The notes under the pieces were generated by a model. That model saw only the letters and a list, made by a program, of their open reading frames with translations, searched no databases and was not told where the DNA came from. From Acidaminococcaceae bacterium (lineage in GTDB: Bacteria; Bacillota; Negativicutes; Acidaminococcales; Acidaminococcaceae), in contig JBFWIF010000001.1 of NCBI GenBank assembly GCA_050256135.1, forward strand, positions 17,647 through 81,646: DNA of 64,000 nt, given 5' to 3'. Made by a program: the position numbers and the translations under genes. Positions 26,730-35,876 of this stretch are shown piece after piece. Numbering within the stretch: position 1 is the stretch's first letter; the number at the start of each line of letters is the position of its first letter.

Positions 26730-28244
26730 ATGAAGAAATACGATGTTATCATTATCGGGACTGGTGCGGCAAATATTGTTTTGGACGCAGCATTGCAGCA
26801 AGGTCTGAGCTGTGCTGTTATAGAAAAAGGCAAATTTGGCGGTACTTGTCTGACGCGTGGCTGTATACCGACGAAAGTATTGGCTACGGCAGCCGATTAT
26901 ATAAGAGAAATTCAGGATTTGCCGAAAATTGGCATCGAAGTTGAACCGGCTAAAATGAATTGGGACCTCATATCCAGCCGGGTCTGGAAAAAAATCGATG
27001 AACACGAGAGCGTTCTTCGTTATTATCAGAAATATGCTAACCTTGTCATTTATCAGGGCAGTGCTTTTTTTACCGGTGAAAAGATTTTGCAGGTCAAGCT
27101 GCACGATGGTTCGCTTTCGGATGCGATGACGGCGGAGAAAATTATTATCGATGTCGGTGCGAGGACTAACCTGCCAGAAATCCCTGGCCGGGAGGAAGCC
27201 GGCTATATCTGTTCGGAAACTTTGTTTGGTAATAAATACCCCAAACGTCCATATAAAAGCCTGATTATTGTTGGCGGCGGTCCGATTGGCTGCGAATTTG
27301 CCCATATCTTCGCGGCGGCTGGTACGAGCGTAACTGTTGTGCAGCATAATAGCAGGCTGTTGCCGCGTGCGGATGACGAGATTTCAGTACAACTCAGACA
27401 AAATATGGAGGCCTTTGGCATTAAAACATATGTGAATGCTGATTTGCTGGAGGTGCAAAAAGAAAACGGACAAAAAAAATTGCTGTTTGAGGATAGGGAA
27501 ACAGGCACAATAAGTGAAATAACTGCGGAAGAAATAATGTATGCGACTGGCATTAAACCTGTCAGCAAAGAACTGCAAGTTGAAAATACTGCTTTGGCAA
27601 CTGATGAAAGAGGCTGGATTAAAACTAATGAGTTGCTGGAAACAAACGTCAGCGGTATTTGGGCAATTGGCGATATTAATGGACAGCCGGCTTTTCGCCA
27701 CAAGGCTAATTATGAGGCTGACATTCTCGTCCACAATTTGTTTAGCCATAACGAGCCGGAGAAGTGGCGCTGGGCAAGTTATGATGTTGTGCCGGCCGTT
27801 ACTTTCACTTATCCGCAGGTTGCTCAGGTTGGCATGACAGAAACAGAAGCAAGAGAAAAAGGCTACACCGTGAAAACAGGCAAACAATTCTACCGCAATA
27901 CAGCTAAAGGGTACGCACTTGGACTGACAGCGGAAGCTGGCATGGATGGTTTTGTAAAACTTGTCGTCGATGGAAAGACAAACAATATTCTTGGCGTGCA
28001 TGTTATTGGTGCACAGGCTTCGCTTTTGATTCAGCCTTTTATCAATATGTTGAATATTGGAACATTTACCATTAAGGCCATTAACGAAACAATTGGTTCT
28101 GAAACTGCGAAAGAACTGCGTAAGCTAGGTTTGACAAGAACGCTTGATCCTCATTCCGTAGTCAGTGTCGGTGAAATTATGACGCCGCATCCATCTTTGG
28201 CAGAAGTAATTATGTGGACGCAGTATTATTTTGAAGTCAAGTAA
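26730..28244 (+). CDS. class-I pyridine-nucleotide-disulfide oxidoreductase (dihydrolipoyl dehydrogenase / mycothione-reductase-like)
   Basis: GxGxxA FAD motif IIIGTGAAN, redox-active GGTCLTRGCIPTK, a second Rossmann VGGGPIGCE, and a C-terminal HPSLAE interface motif. Confidence 0.8.
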   Translation: MKKYDVIIIGTGAANIVLDAALQQGLSCAVIEKGKFGGTCLTRGCIPTKVLATAADYIREIQDLPKIGIEVEPAKMNWDLISSRVWKKIDEHESVLRYYQKYANLVIYQGSAFFTGEKILQVKLHDGSLSDAMTAEKIIIDVGARTNLPEIPGREEAGYICSETLFGNKYPKRPYKSLIIVGGGPIGCEFAHIFAAAGTSVTVVQHNSRLLPRADDEISVQLRQNMEAFGIKTYVNADLLEVQKENGQKKLLFEDRETGTISEITAEEIMYATGIKPVSKELQVENTALATDERGWIKTNELLETNVSGIWAIGDINGQPAFRHKANYEADILVHNLFSHNEPEKWRWASYDVVPAVTFTYPQVAQVGMTETEAREKGYTVKTGKQFYRNTAKGYALGLTAEAGMDGFVKLVVDGKTNNILGVHVIGAQASLLIQPFINMLNIGTFTIKAINETIGSETAKELRKLGLTRTLDPHSVVSVGEIMTPHPSLAEVIMWTQYYFEVK

Positions 28245-28347
28245 AAGTTTCACAAAAAGATAACAATAAGGTTTATCAGGAAGAATCGGCTTGACAACCG
28301 TTTCTGATATAATAATTATGTAAGCTAAATTAAAGGAGAGTGGTTTT

Positions 28348-28833
28348 ATGAACAAGAAAATGCAAGCGGCAATCAATGACCAGATTCAAAAGGAGTTTTA
28401 TTCAGCCTATCTATATTTGGCCATGTCGGCTTATTGCGCAGAGAGTAATTTACCTGGTTTTGCTAAATGGCTTAAAGTGCAGTCTAATGAAGAAACTGAG
28501 CATGGCATGAAATTGCTCGGTCATCTCCTGGAAAGAGGCGGTAAAGTTCAATTAGGAAAAATTGAAGCACCGGCAGCTGAATTTGGTTCACCCAAAGCTA
28601 TGTTTGAAGAAGTACTGAAACATGAACAATTTATTACAGCAAGCATTAATAAACTGTATGAACTTGCTGTTGCTGAAAAAGACTATCCTGCACAAATCTT
28701 GCTGCAGTGGTATATTTCTGAGCAGGTTGAGGAAGAGGGTAACGCCACTGCTATTCTGGAAAGCTTGAAGATGGTTGGCGAAAAAGGCGCTCCGCTGATG
28801 TATATTGATAAAGAACTTGGCAAACGCGAATAG
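28348..28833 (+). CDS. non-haem ferritin
   Basis: 161 aa, with ferroxidase-centre residues in [12 protein letters not shown] ... [10 protein letters not shown] ... EQVEEE. Confidence 0.85.
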   Translation: MNKKMQAAINDQIQKEFYSAYLYLAMSAYCAESNLPGFAKWLKVQSNEETEHGMKLLGHLLERGGKVQLGKIEAPAAEFGSPKAMFEEVLKHEQFITASINKLYELAVAEKDYPAQILLQWYISEQVEEEGNATAILESLKMVGEKGAPLMYIDKELGKRE

Positions 28834-28861
28834 AATAAATTAGCTGTTAGTGTGACTAGAA

Positions 28862-28894
28862 GTGGTACAAAGGGGACTGTCCCCTTTGTACCAC
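28862..28894. repeat. 33-nt perfect palindrome (copy 2), serving as the ferritin terminator
   Basis: Identical to 6498-6530, here followed by TTTTTGG. Confidence 0.8.
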
Positions 28895-29001
28895 TTTTTG
28901 GTTATTTTTTCGTTGCTGGCAGGCAGGAAGAAGTACTTTTGTTGTCGAAGTTAGCTATATTTATGATGACTGCCACGGGCGAAAAAGGGGCGGATTTCTG
29001 G

Positions 29002-29892
29002 ATGAAGCTGTATGTTGGGATAATTGACTTTGACCTGTTCCAGACGCTGAAGGAAGCAAAATGTTCAGAGGTTAATTTTTGGCGGCCCAGCGGCAATACT
29101 AACTTCAAAGCTTTAAGCAGGGGTGAACTGTTTTTGTTTAAACTGCACAGCCCCTATAACTTGATTGTCGGCGGCGGGTTTTTTCAGACTTTTAAGCTTT
29201 TACCAACTTCGTTGGCCTGGGAGGCTTTTGGTAAAGCAAATGGCGCAGATAGCTGCGCAGCGATGTTGGAACGGATTTATAAATACCGCAAAACTGATAG
29301 TATAGCAGAACCTGATCCGGAAATAGGCTGCGTCATTCTCTCGTCAGTATTTTATTTTGATGAAGGCGACGAAATCCCGGTTCCGGAAGACTGGAGCAGC
29401 AAGATTGTTCAAGGTAAACTATACAGCAGGACAGAACCAATAGGCTCAGCACTTTATGAACAGGCACAAACGAGGCTGAATAAGCAGGAGTGCCGCTACT
29501 ATCAGGACACGCTGCTGGCACCGGAGATTGGCTTCGGGCATTTCAAGCTGCTTGTCATGGAAGCTTATAAAAGGCAGTGTGCAATTTCAGGTGAGCAGGC
29601 CGCACCGGTTTTGCGAGTTGCCCAAATCAGGCCCAGCCGGTTTGGCGGGCTCAAAGATATTTCGAACGGCTTGCTTTTGCGCAGTGATTACTGCACTTTG
29701 TTTGAGCGTGGTTATATAACGGTTACACCGGATTATAAAGTAGCAGTGAGTAAAAGAGTTGCAGCGGCTTTTGGCGCAAACAGCGAGTATAATAAAATTG
29801 ATGGATGTCAGATAGTGTTGCCTGACAACAAAGAAAAATGGCCATCCCATGCGTATTTAGAATGGCATAATAAAAGAGTTTTCCTTGGTTAA
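29002..29892 (+). CDS. HNH_2-type endonuclease-family protein with substituted catalytic histidines
   Basis: The N-terminal block (VNFWRPSG...GELFLFKLHSPYN.IVGGGFF) and C-terminal block (CAISG...VLRVAQIRP...NGLLLRSDYCTLFERGYITV) follow the family pattern. I chose the start at 29002 because the upstream part of the ORF reads through the terminator palindrome. Confidence 0.65.
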   Translation: MKLYVGIIDFDLFQTLKEAKCSEVNFWRPSGNTNFKALSRGELFLFKLHSPYNLIVGGGFFQTFKLLPTSLAWEAFGKANGADSCAAMLERIYKYRKTDSIAEPDPEIGCVILSSVFYFDEGDEIPVPEDWSSKIVQGKLYSRTEPIGSALYEQAQTRLNKQECRYYQDTLLAPEIGFGHFKLLVMEAYKRQCAISGEQAAPVLRVAQIRPSRFGGLKDISNGLLLRSDYCTLFERGYITVTPDYKVAVSKRVAAAFGANSEYNKIDGCQIVLPDNKEKWPSHAYLEWHNKRVFLG

Positions 29893-29894
29893 AT

Positions 29895-29941
29895 AAAAAA
29901 AGCTATCGCAAACAGGTTTACCTGTGAGCGATAGCTTTTTG
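29895..29941. terminator. bidirectional rho-independent terminator
   Basis: AGCTATCGC ... GCGATAGCT hairpin with an inner ACAGG/CCTGT stem, flanked by an A-run and a T-run. Confidence 0.65.
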
Positions 29942-29950
29942 CTGTCTGTT

Positions 29951-30598
29951 TTATTTTCGACGAAAACTTTTATAAGTTTCCTGGATTCTTTCATGTTGGA
30001 TTTTAGTAGGGTCAAACTTCAGAAGTTTAAAGGTTATCTGGATACAGAACCCGATAGCAAAGGCGGAAACTACGGTGCCGATACCGACAAGTCCGCCGAG
30101 ATACCAGCCGATGATGACAGCTGTCAGTTCAATACCGCCGCGGCAAACTCCTATCGGCAGACCAGTCTTACGGGTCAGTAAGACCATCAGGCCGTCACGT
30201 GGTCCTGCGCCGAAAGCGGATGCAATGTAAAAATAACTGCCGAGCGCAATCGTGAAGAGGCCGGTAATCAACATCAAGAGTCCTGAAAAAATATTCCCGG
30301 CAACCGGCAGAAAATCAAGATAAAGAATTAAATCAAGTACTAATCCGATAACAATCATGTTAGCAATGGTGCCGATGCCGATATCTTCACCGCAGTAGCC
30401 GGTAATCAGCAGAATCAGAAAACCGACGATGATGGAAATTTCGCCAATCGTCATGCCGAAGGTTTTTGCCATACCTACATGGAGCACTTCCCAAGGCGCG
30501 TAACCAATCTGGGCATTCAGGCTTAGAGCGATACCGAGAGAGTAAAGAAAGAGTCCTATATGCAGGACCAAGAGACGCGAAAAAAATTGTTTTGTCAT
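29951..30598 (-). CDS. YczE/YitT-like membrane protein
   Basis: N-terminus GLFLYSLGIALSLNAQIGYAPWEVLHVGM is typical of the YczE family; 215 aa, multi-TM. Confidence 0.7.
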   Translation of the reverse strand: MTKQFFSRLLVLHIGLFLYSLGIALSLNAQIGYAPWEVLHVGMAKTFGMTIGEISIIVGFLILLITGYCGEDIGIGTIANMIVIGLVLDLILYLDFLPVAGNIFSGLLMLITGLFTIALGSYFYIASAFGAGPRDGLMVLLTRKTGLPIGVCRGGIELTAVIIGWYLGGLVGIGTVVSAFAIGFCIQITFKLLKFDPTKIQHERIQETYKSFRRK

Positions 30599-30696
30599 GT
30601 AATACCTCGTTTTTACGGAATAAACAGCTATGATAATAATTATATAGATAATGACCGCGAAGTCAATCAGATGTAGGAGGGAAGCAAATAGAAATG

Positions 30697-30728
30697 AAAA
30701 AAGCTGGTTCCTTTTAAAAGAACCAGCT
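30697..30728 (-). terminator. rho-independent terminator of the ALDH-lyase-transporter operon
   Basis: AGCTGGTTC / GAACCAGCT hairpin with a T-run on the minus strand. Confidence 0.6.
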
Positions 30729-30745
30729 AATCTCAGTCACATTAT

Positions 30746-32065
30746 TTATGCTGCTCTTTTTCGTAATAGAAGGTAACCTACTACCAGAGGTAAGAAACAT
30801 AAAGCAGCGCCAATGCCGAGAACAGAAGTAATTGATGTAGTAAAAAGAATTGGAATGAATGCCGGCGCTGTCCCGAATACCGGTGTGAAAAGTGTAGAAC
30901 CTACACCTTGAGCATCTGGTGCACTGGATTTTCCTTCCGGATCAACGCAGCGTACAAGTGCTAATCCTGTAGGAACAGCACCGGACGCCATGCCGAAAAG
31001 GCAGCAGGCTTTTTCAAACCATTCATGAGCACATAATTTTCTGCAGAAGTAGATTGCCATCCACATTGTGATAGCAAGAAGCACCACGCTGTAAATAATA
31101 ATCGGGAATAAGAACTCTGTGACCAAGCTGAGTTTTATAGTAGCAACGGCGGAGATGATAACGAGGTCAAGAGTCATACCGGAAATTGAGGAAACTGTGC
31201 CTTTGTCCACGAAATCAGTTAGATGTAATTTATGCATAACCAGTCGTACAACTGCCGCTCCTAACATGCCATGAACCAGAGCAGGCACTTTGCCGAAAAA
31301 AGGTGCCAGTAAGCTGAGTGCCGCTAGAATTTTGGAACCAACAAGGATGCAGACCATGATCATTGAAAGTTGGAAGACGAGAGCATTAATACCGCTTGAG
31401 GAAGTTTTTGCCAGCCCGATTGGTTTTTGCATTTCTTTCGGCAGAACACCGCATAAGGTTGGATCGTCAACACCTTTGACGGGTACTTTGGTATAAGCAG
31501 CGTAACCTTTGCGGATACCCCAGTTTACCATTACGATACCAACTGTTACAGCTGCCATCAGGCCTATGGTGGATAAAATCATGCCGAGGCCGAAGTTTCC
31601 ATCAATACCAAGTTTATCAAAAGTAGCGCCAGCAGCACTTGCTGTGCCATGACCACCCCAAAAAGAGAAGACTCCCATTGTTCCCCAGCCATTTGGCAAA
31701 GTAGGCCAAAACTTTTGCAGGAAAATGCCAAGTGGTACACCAACTAACAATTGCGCGCCATAAACAGAAATGATAACCATGGTGTAGTCTATATAGTTTC
31801 TTATTCTGCTTTTTTCGAAGGTTATACCATAAACAATACAGGTCAGGACTATGCCAATCAAGTTGCCTGGCAGTGTGGCTAATGATTTTGGTATATCAAT
31901 CAGTCCAAGCACCTGATTGCCGGCAATAAGTGCAAGAAAACCGCCTAGCATTGAGGTTGGGATATAGAGCCTTTGAAAAGGTTTGAAAACTTCTCTGGCA
32001 ATAAAGCCCAGAATCATAAACACGGAAATAATCTGGATATCTACTAGCAAGGTTTTTACTGTCAT
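30746..32065 (-). CDS. GltS-like (ESS family) sodium/solute symporter
   Basis: WGGHGTASAAG and FGMASGAVPTGLA blocks parallel the E. coli GltS GGHGTGAAW and FGLGATPTAIA blocks; 439 aa polytopic. Confidence 0.7.
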   Translation of the reverse strand: MTVKTLLVDIQIISVFMILGFIAREVFKPFQRLYIPTSMLGGFLALIAGNQVLGLIDIPKSLATLPGNLIGIVLTCIVYGITFEKSRIRNYIDYTMVIISVYGAQLLVGVPLGIFLQKFWPTLPNGWGTMGVFSFWGGHGTASAAGATFDKLGIDGNFGLGMILSTIGLMAAVTVGIVMVNWGIRKGYAAYTKVPVKGVDDPTLCGVLPKEMQKPIGLAKTSSSGINALVFQLSMIMVCILVGSKILAALSLLAPFFGKVPALVHGMLGAAVVRLVMHKLHLTDFVDKGTVSSISGMTLDLVIISAVATIKLSLVTEFLFPIIIYSVVLLAITMWMAIYFCRKLCAHEWFEKACCLFGMASGAVPTGLALVRCVDPEGKSSAPDAQGVGSTLFTPVFGTAPAFIPILFTTSITSVLGIGAALCFLPLVVGYLLLRKRAA

Positions 32066-32146
32066 CGTAAGTGCCTCCTTATAATTATGAGTTAAGAGGG
32101 GGTGACTATTTTAACATGCCAATACGTAGAGGTATCTTTTTAAAAA

Positions 32147-33058
32147 TTATTTAACTAAATCTTGGCAGCGGCCGGCTTTTAAAATAAAACTCTCGGTAAT
32201 ACGGCCGGCAAATGATTGGGCAAGTCTTGCCGTTTCAATGGCGTCCAACATATCAACATTTGTTTCTATGCCCATTTCATCAAGCATATGTATGATATCT
32301 TCAGTTGCTACATTGCCGGAGGCACCCGGTGCAAACGGGCAGCCGCCAAGACCGGCAAAAGAGCCGTCATAAGTTGTTATTCCTGCCTGCATGCCGGCAA
32401 GTATATTAGCGAGAGCCATACCGCGTGTGTTATGAAAATGCAGTATCCAGCGTACTTGCGGATATCTAGTTTTCAGCATAGTGCAAAGATTGTAAACTTG
32501 CTTAGGGTTGGCCATGCCGGTTGTATCTGAAAGTGAGAGTTCAGTTATACCCAATTGCAGAAATTCTTTAACAACATTTTCAACTTGTAAAGCTGGAACT
32601 TTGCCTTGGAATGGACAACCGAAAGCAGTTGATATTGCACCGGACAGCTGCAAACCATTTTTATGTGCATATTCTACGCAGTCTTTAAAACCGTGAATAA
32701 TTTCTGCAGGTAATTTATTCAGATTGCTTAAACAATGAGCTTCACTGGCAGAAACAGTAAGTTTTGTTTTGCTGATGCCACATTCATGGGCGCGCTGGAC
32801 TCCTCGCAGATTGGCGACTAAGGCACGGTACTCTATGCCGTTGGATTTCGGCATAAGTTTTGCCAATTCATCGGTATCTGCCATGGCAGGTACTGCTTTA
32901 GGATTAACGAAAGAGCCAATTTCAATTATTTTAATACCGGATTTTACAACATTATTTAACAAAGCAAGTTTTTCCTGAAGGGAGAACAAGCGCTTTTCAT
33001 TTTGCAGACCGTCGCGTAAACCGACTTCACAGATGGTAACTTTGTCAGGCAGGTTCAT
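32147..33058 (-). CDS. hydroxymethylglutaryl-CoA lyase family (HMGL-like) protein
   Basis: ICEVGLRDGLQNE signature, the HFHNTRG metal site, 303 aa. Confidence 0.85.
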   Translation of the reverse strand: MNLPDKVTICEVGLRDGLQNEKRLFSLQEKLALLNNVVKSGIKIIEIGSFVNPKAVPAMADTDELAKLMPKSNGIEYRALVANLRGVQRAHECGISKTKLTVSASEAHCLSNLNKLPAEIIHGFKDCVEYAHKNGLQLSGAISTAFGCPFQGKVPALQVENVVKEFLQLGITELSLSDTTGMANPKQVYNLCTMLKTRYPQVRWILHFHNTRGMALANILAGMQAGITTYDGSFAGLGGCPFAPGASGNVATEDIIHMLDEMGIETNVDMLDAIETARLAQSFAGRITESFILKAGRCQDLVK

Positions 33059-33089
33059 ATTTCACCTCTTCTTTTCTAGTGACAAGAAT

Positions 33090-34502
33090 TTATTTGTCTA
33101 GTTCGGGATCATAGAAGTCGCCGAACAATTCTTCAGGTGAAGGCATATCAGCCGGAATAGGTTTGGAAACCCAAGTGGTGTTCATGTAATGTTTCAAACA
33201 GATATTTTCTGATACAATATTTCCGCCCCATGTGCCGCAGCCGAGAGATGAAGTCATTGGCATGCCATTGGTTGCCGAACCTGCGTTGGCTTTGGATTGA
33301 GGCTGTCTTACCATGATGCGGCTGACAGGGGCTGCCATAGCAAGACGATGAATATGACCTTCGTCATAGGAATAAATGCCGCACGAGTGCCCTTTACCGC
33401 CAACTTCATAAATACCGCGCATAGCGTCGAGCGCATTTTCGAATTCACCTTCGTATTTGTGAACGGCTAGTAAGGTTGTGAGCTTTTCACTTGAGAAGAA
33501 ATGTTCTTTACCTATACCATCACCAATAACATAGATGAATTTTCTGTCGGCAGGTATTTCAAAACCTGCTGCTTTTGCCAGTTCCTGCGGTGGAACTGCT
33601 ACAGTGTCTGACAAACGATGTCCTTCGGCATCCCACATAACTTTTTTAAGAGCTTCGCTTTCTTCTTTGCTGGCCAAATAACCGCCTTCAACCTCAAATT
33701 GCTTGATAACTGCATCATAAATTTTGTCAGAGACTATGACATTGCCGTCAGCAGAACAACCAGAGCCGAAATCAGAAGTTTTGCTCAGCATGGTATTGTG
33801 ACAGGCTTCGACAACGTCAGCTGTTTCGTCAAAAATCATAGTTGAGTTGCCGGCCCCTGAACCATAGGCAGGAGTGCCGGAGCTATAAGCTGATTTAACC
33901 ATATCTTTGCCGCCCGTGGCAATTACAAGATCAGCGCGACGCATTAGTTCCTTGGTCATGGGAATGCTCGGGAGGGTGATGCACTGAAGAAGATCGGCTG
34001 GTGCGCCTTCTTTTTCTAAAGCTTCACGCATAATGCGAACTGTTTCAAAGGTAGTTTTTTTCGAACGTGGATGTGGTGAAAAGATTACAGCATCGCGTGC
34101 TTTGATTGCGTAAACTGCTTGTCCGCCAGGAGTCAGATCCGGGTTTGTAGTTGGAACTAATGAAGCAATGATGCCTACGGGTTTGGCGTATTTAACGATT
34201 CCTTTTTCAGGATTTTCTTCTATGATACCTACACTTTTTTGACGAAGGGCATCGCGTAAAATACCGCGAATTTTGAAACGCTTGTTCTGACGGGAAACCG
34301 GATCGCCTAATTTACTTTCTTCTATACCCATATCTACTAATCGGAGAAAAGTTTTCTTATTGGTCACTGCCCAAGCAACAGCCTGACATAAACGATCAAG
34401 TTTTTCCTGAGAATATGTCTCAATAATACGCTGTGCTCTTTGTGCCCGTTCAAACAAAATATTTAATTCTTGTAGTTGCTCCTGAGAGATTTCTGCTGCC
34501 AT
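33090..34502 (-). CDS. CoA-acylating aldehyde dehydrogenase (SucD/EutE-like)
   Basis: Collinear with Clostridium kluyveri SucD as I recall it (PTTNP, VIATGG, AYSSG.PAYG.G.GN, catalytic Cys GSGCSA, LGCGTWGGN.VSEN). Confidence 0.8.
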   Translation of the reverse strand: MAAEISQEQLQELNILFERAQRAQRIIETYSQEKLDRLCQAVAWAVTNKKTFLRLVDMGIEESKLGDPVSRQNKRFKIRGILRDALRQKSVGIIEENPEKGIVKYAKPVGIIASLVPTTNPDLTPGGQAVYAIKARDAVIFSPHPRSKKTTFETVRIMREALEKEGAPADLLQCITLPSIPMTKELMRRADLVIATGGKDMVKSAYSSGTPAYGSGAGNSTMIFDETADVVEACHNTMLSKTSDFGSGCSADGNVIVSDKIYDAVIKQFEVEGGYLASKEESEALKKVMWDAEGHRLSDTVAVPPQELAKAAGFEIPADRKFIYVIGDGIGKEHFFSSEKLTTLLAVHKYEGEFENALDAMRGIYEVGGKGHSCGIYSYDEGHIHRLAMAAPVSRIMVRQPQSKANAGSATNGMPMTSSLGCGTWGGNIVSENICLKHYMNTTWVSKPIPADMPSPEELFGDFYDPELDK

Positions 34503-34686
34503 TTAGCCACAACTCCCTTTATCATATTTTGGAATAGCTATATCCTTTAAATGCATTTTAACTTTAATATCTTCTTATCGTCTAATACTTAATTTAAATT
34601 AAAATTATAAATAAATTCTATTGAAGAAAAAAGTTCAGTTTGATAGTATGAATGTAACGATAGAAAAAAGAGGATAGGAGAAAACT

Positions 34687-35589
34687 ATGACTCTCATGCA
34701 ATTACAGTATTTTAGGGTTTTGGCGAAGGTTTTGCACTATACGAAAGCTTCTCAGGAATTGCATATATCCCAACCTAACTTAAGTTATGCGATAGCAGAA
34801 CTGGAAAAAGAATTAGGTGTCAATTTATTTGAAAGGGTAGATAAAAAAATCAAGTTAAGCCAATACGGAGAATATTTTCTTACTTATGTAGAGCAGGCAC
34901 TAGACATAATGGACGAGGGCGTTAAGCGCGTTATGGACATAAAAGGCGCGATGTCAGGAGAAATCTGCCTTGGTTATATATATAGTCTGGCTTCATCTTT
35001 AATACCTAAGATTATCGAAGGATTTCAAAAAGAAGAAGATACGGCAGCAATTTCTTTCAAGTTTAAGCAAAATCTGCAGAATAATCTTCTGGAGGATTTA
35101 AAAACAGGGGAAATAGATTTAGCTTTGTGCGTTGAAGAAGATCCGCTTACTGTTTCGATTCCAATATTTGAGCAGGAATTATATGCTGTTGTTGCTAAGG
35201 AACATCCTTTAGCAAACCGCCAAGAAATAGAAATTGAGGAAATAGCAGACCTGCCTTTTGTGTTATTACATAAAGACAGTGGTTTGCGTAAATTAATCAT
35301 GAGTGAATTCAAAAAACACGGTTTAACGCCAAATGTTGTTTTTGAAGCCTATGAATGTAATGCTACCTTACAATTTGTTTCATTAAATTTCGGTGTTACT
35401 ATTATACCTGACGTACCGGGAATAAATTACGCACCGGTTGCTAAAATTAGAATAAAAACTCCTGGTTTTAAACGAAAGATATATCTTTCGTGGATGAATA
35501 AAAAAACATTGATTCCGCCGGCACGTAAAGTCAGAGATTATATTCTCGAGAATTTTGCAATTAATGGCTTGGAAAAGACAGGTTTATAA
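34687..35589 (+). CDS. LysR-family transcriptional regulator
   Basis: N-terminal wHTH MQLQYFRVLAKVLHYTKASQELHISQPNLSYAI. Divergent from the ALDH operon. Confidence 0.9.
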   Translation: MTLMQLQYFRVLAKVLHYTKASQELHISQPNLSYAIAELEKELGVNLFERVDKKIKLSQYGEYFLTYVEQALDIMDEGVKRVMDIKGAMSGEICLGYIYSLASSLIPKIIEGFQKEEDTAAISFKFKQNLQNNLLEDLKTGEIDLALCVEEDPLTVSIPIFEQELYAVVAKEHPLANRQEIEIEEIADLPFVLLHKDSGLRKLIMSEFKKHGLTPNVVFEAYECNATLQFVSLNFGVTIIPDVPGINYAPVAKIRIKTPGFKRKIYLSWMNKKTLIPPARKVRDYILENFAINGLEKTGL

Positions 35590-35876
35590 AAATAGGACAA
35601 AAACAAACTTGCTGATTTTTAGGAAGTTTGTTTTACATGAGCTTCCATCATAGGTTATTATATTCATAGAGACTATATTTATAATGCAAAGGTGCATCTT
35701 CTCTAATCAAAGATGTTACCTTTTTTGTTATGTATAAGGTAAAAGGTTATCGTCTGCAATAAGCATAATTATGGACTGAAAAAATCTATAGGGTGAGAGA
35801 ACCGACAGTTTTGCAATTGTTTTTTATTTCATAAGTTGTTATATTGTATTTCAAAACTAATTAGAGATATTGGGAG

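Noticed and set aside
26694-27347. 217-aa minus-strand ORF
   Set aside because: It is antisense to the FAD-dependent disulfide oxidoreductase, whose motifs are clear, and it starts inside the upstream intergenic region without an RBS.
28297-28320. Fur-box-like AT-rich sequence (TGATATAATAATTATG) upstream of ferritin
   Set aside because: It only loosely resembles the 7-1-7 Fur consensus and overlaps what may simply be the -10 region, so it is not strong enough to report as a site.
35590-35876. Possible regulatory RNA in the 287-nt region upstream of the cyuA-like gene
   Set aside because: It contains the lysR terminator and one imperfect hairpin with a T-run (about 35686-35727), but no motif I can assign to a known riboswitch.
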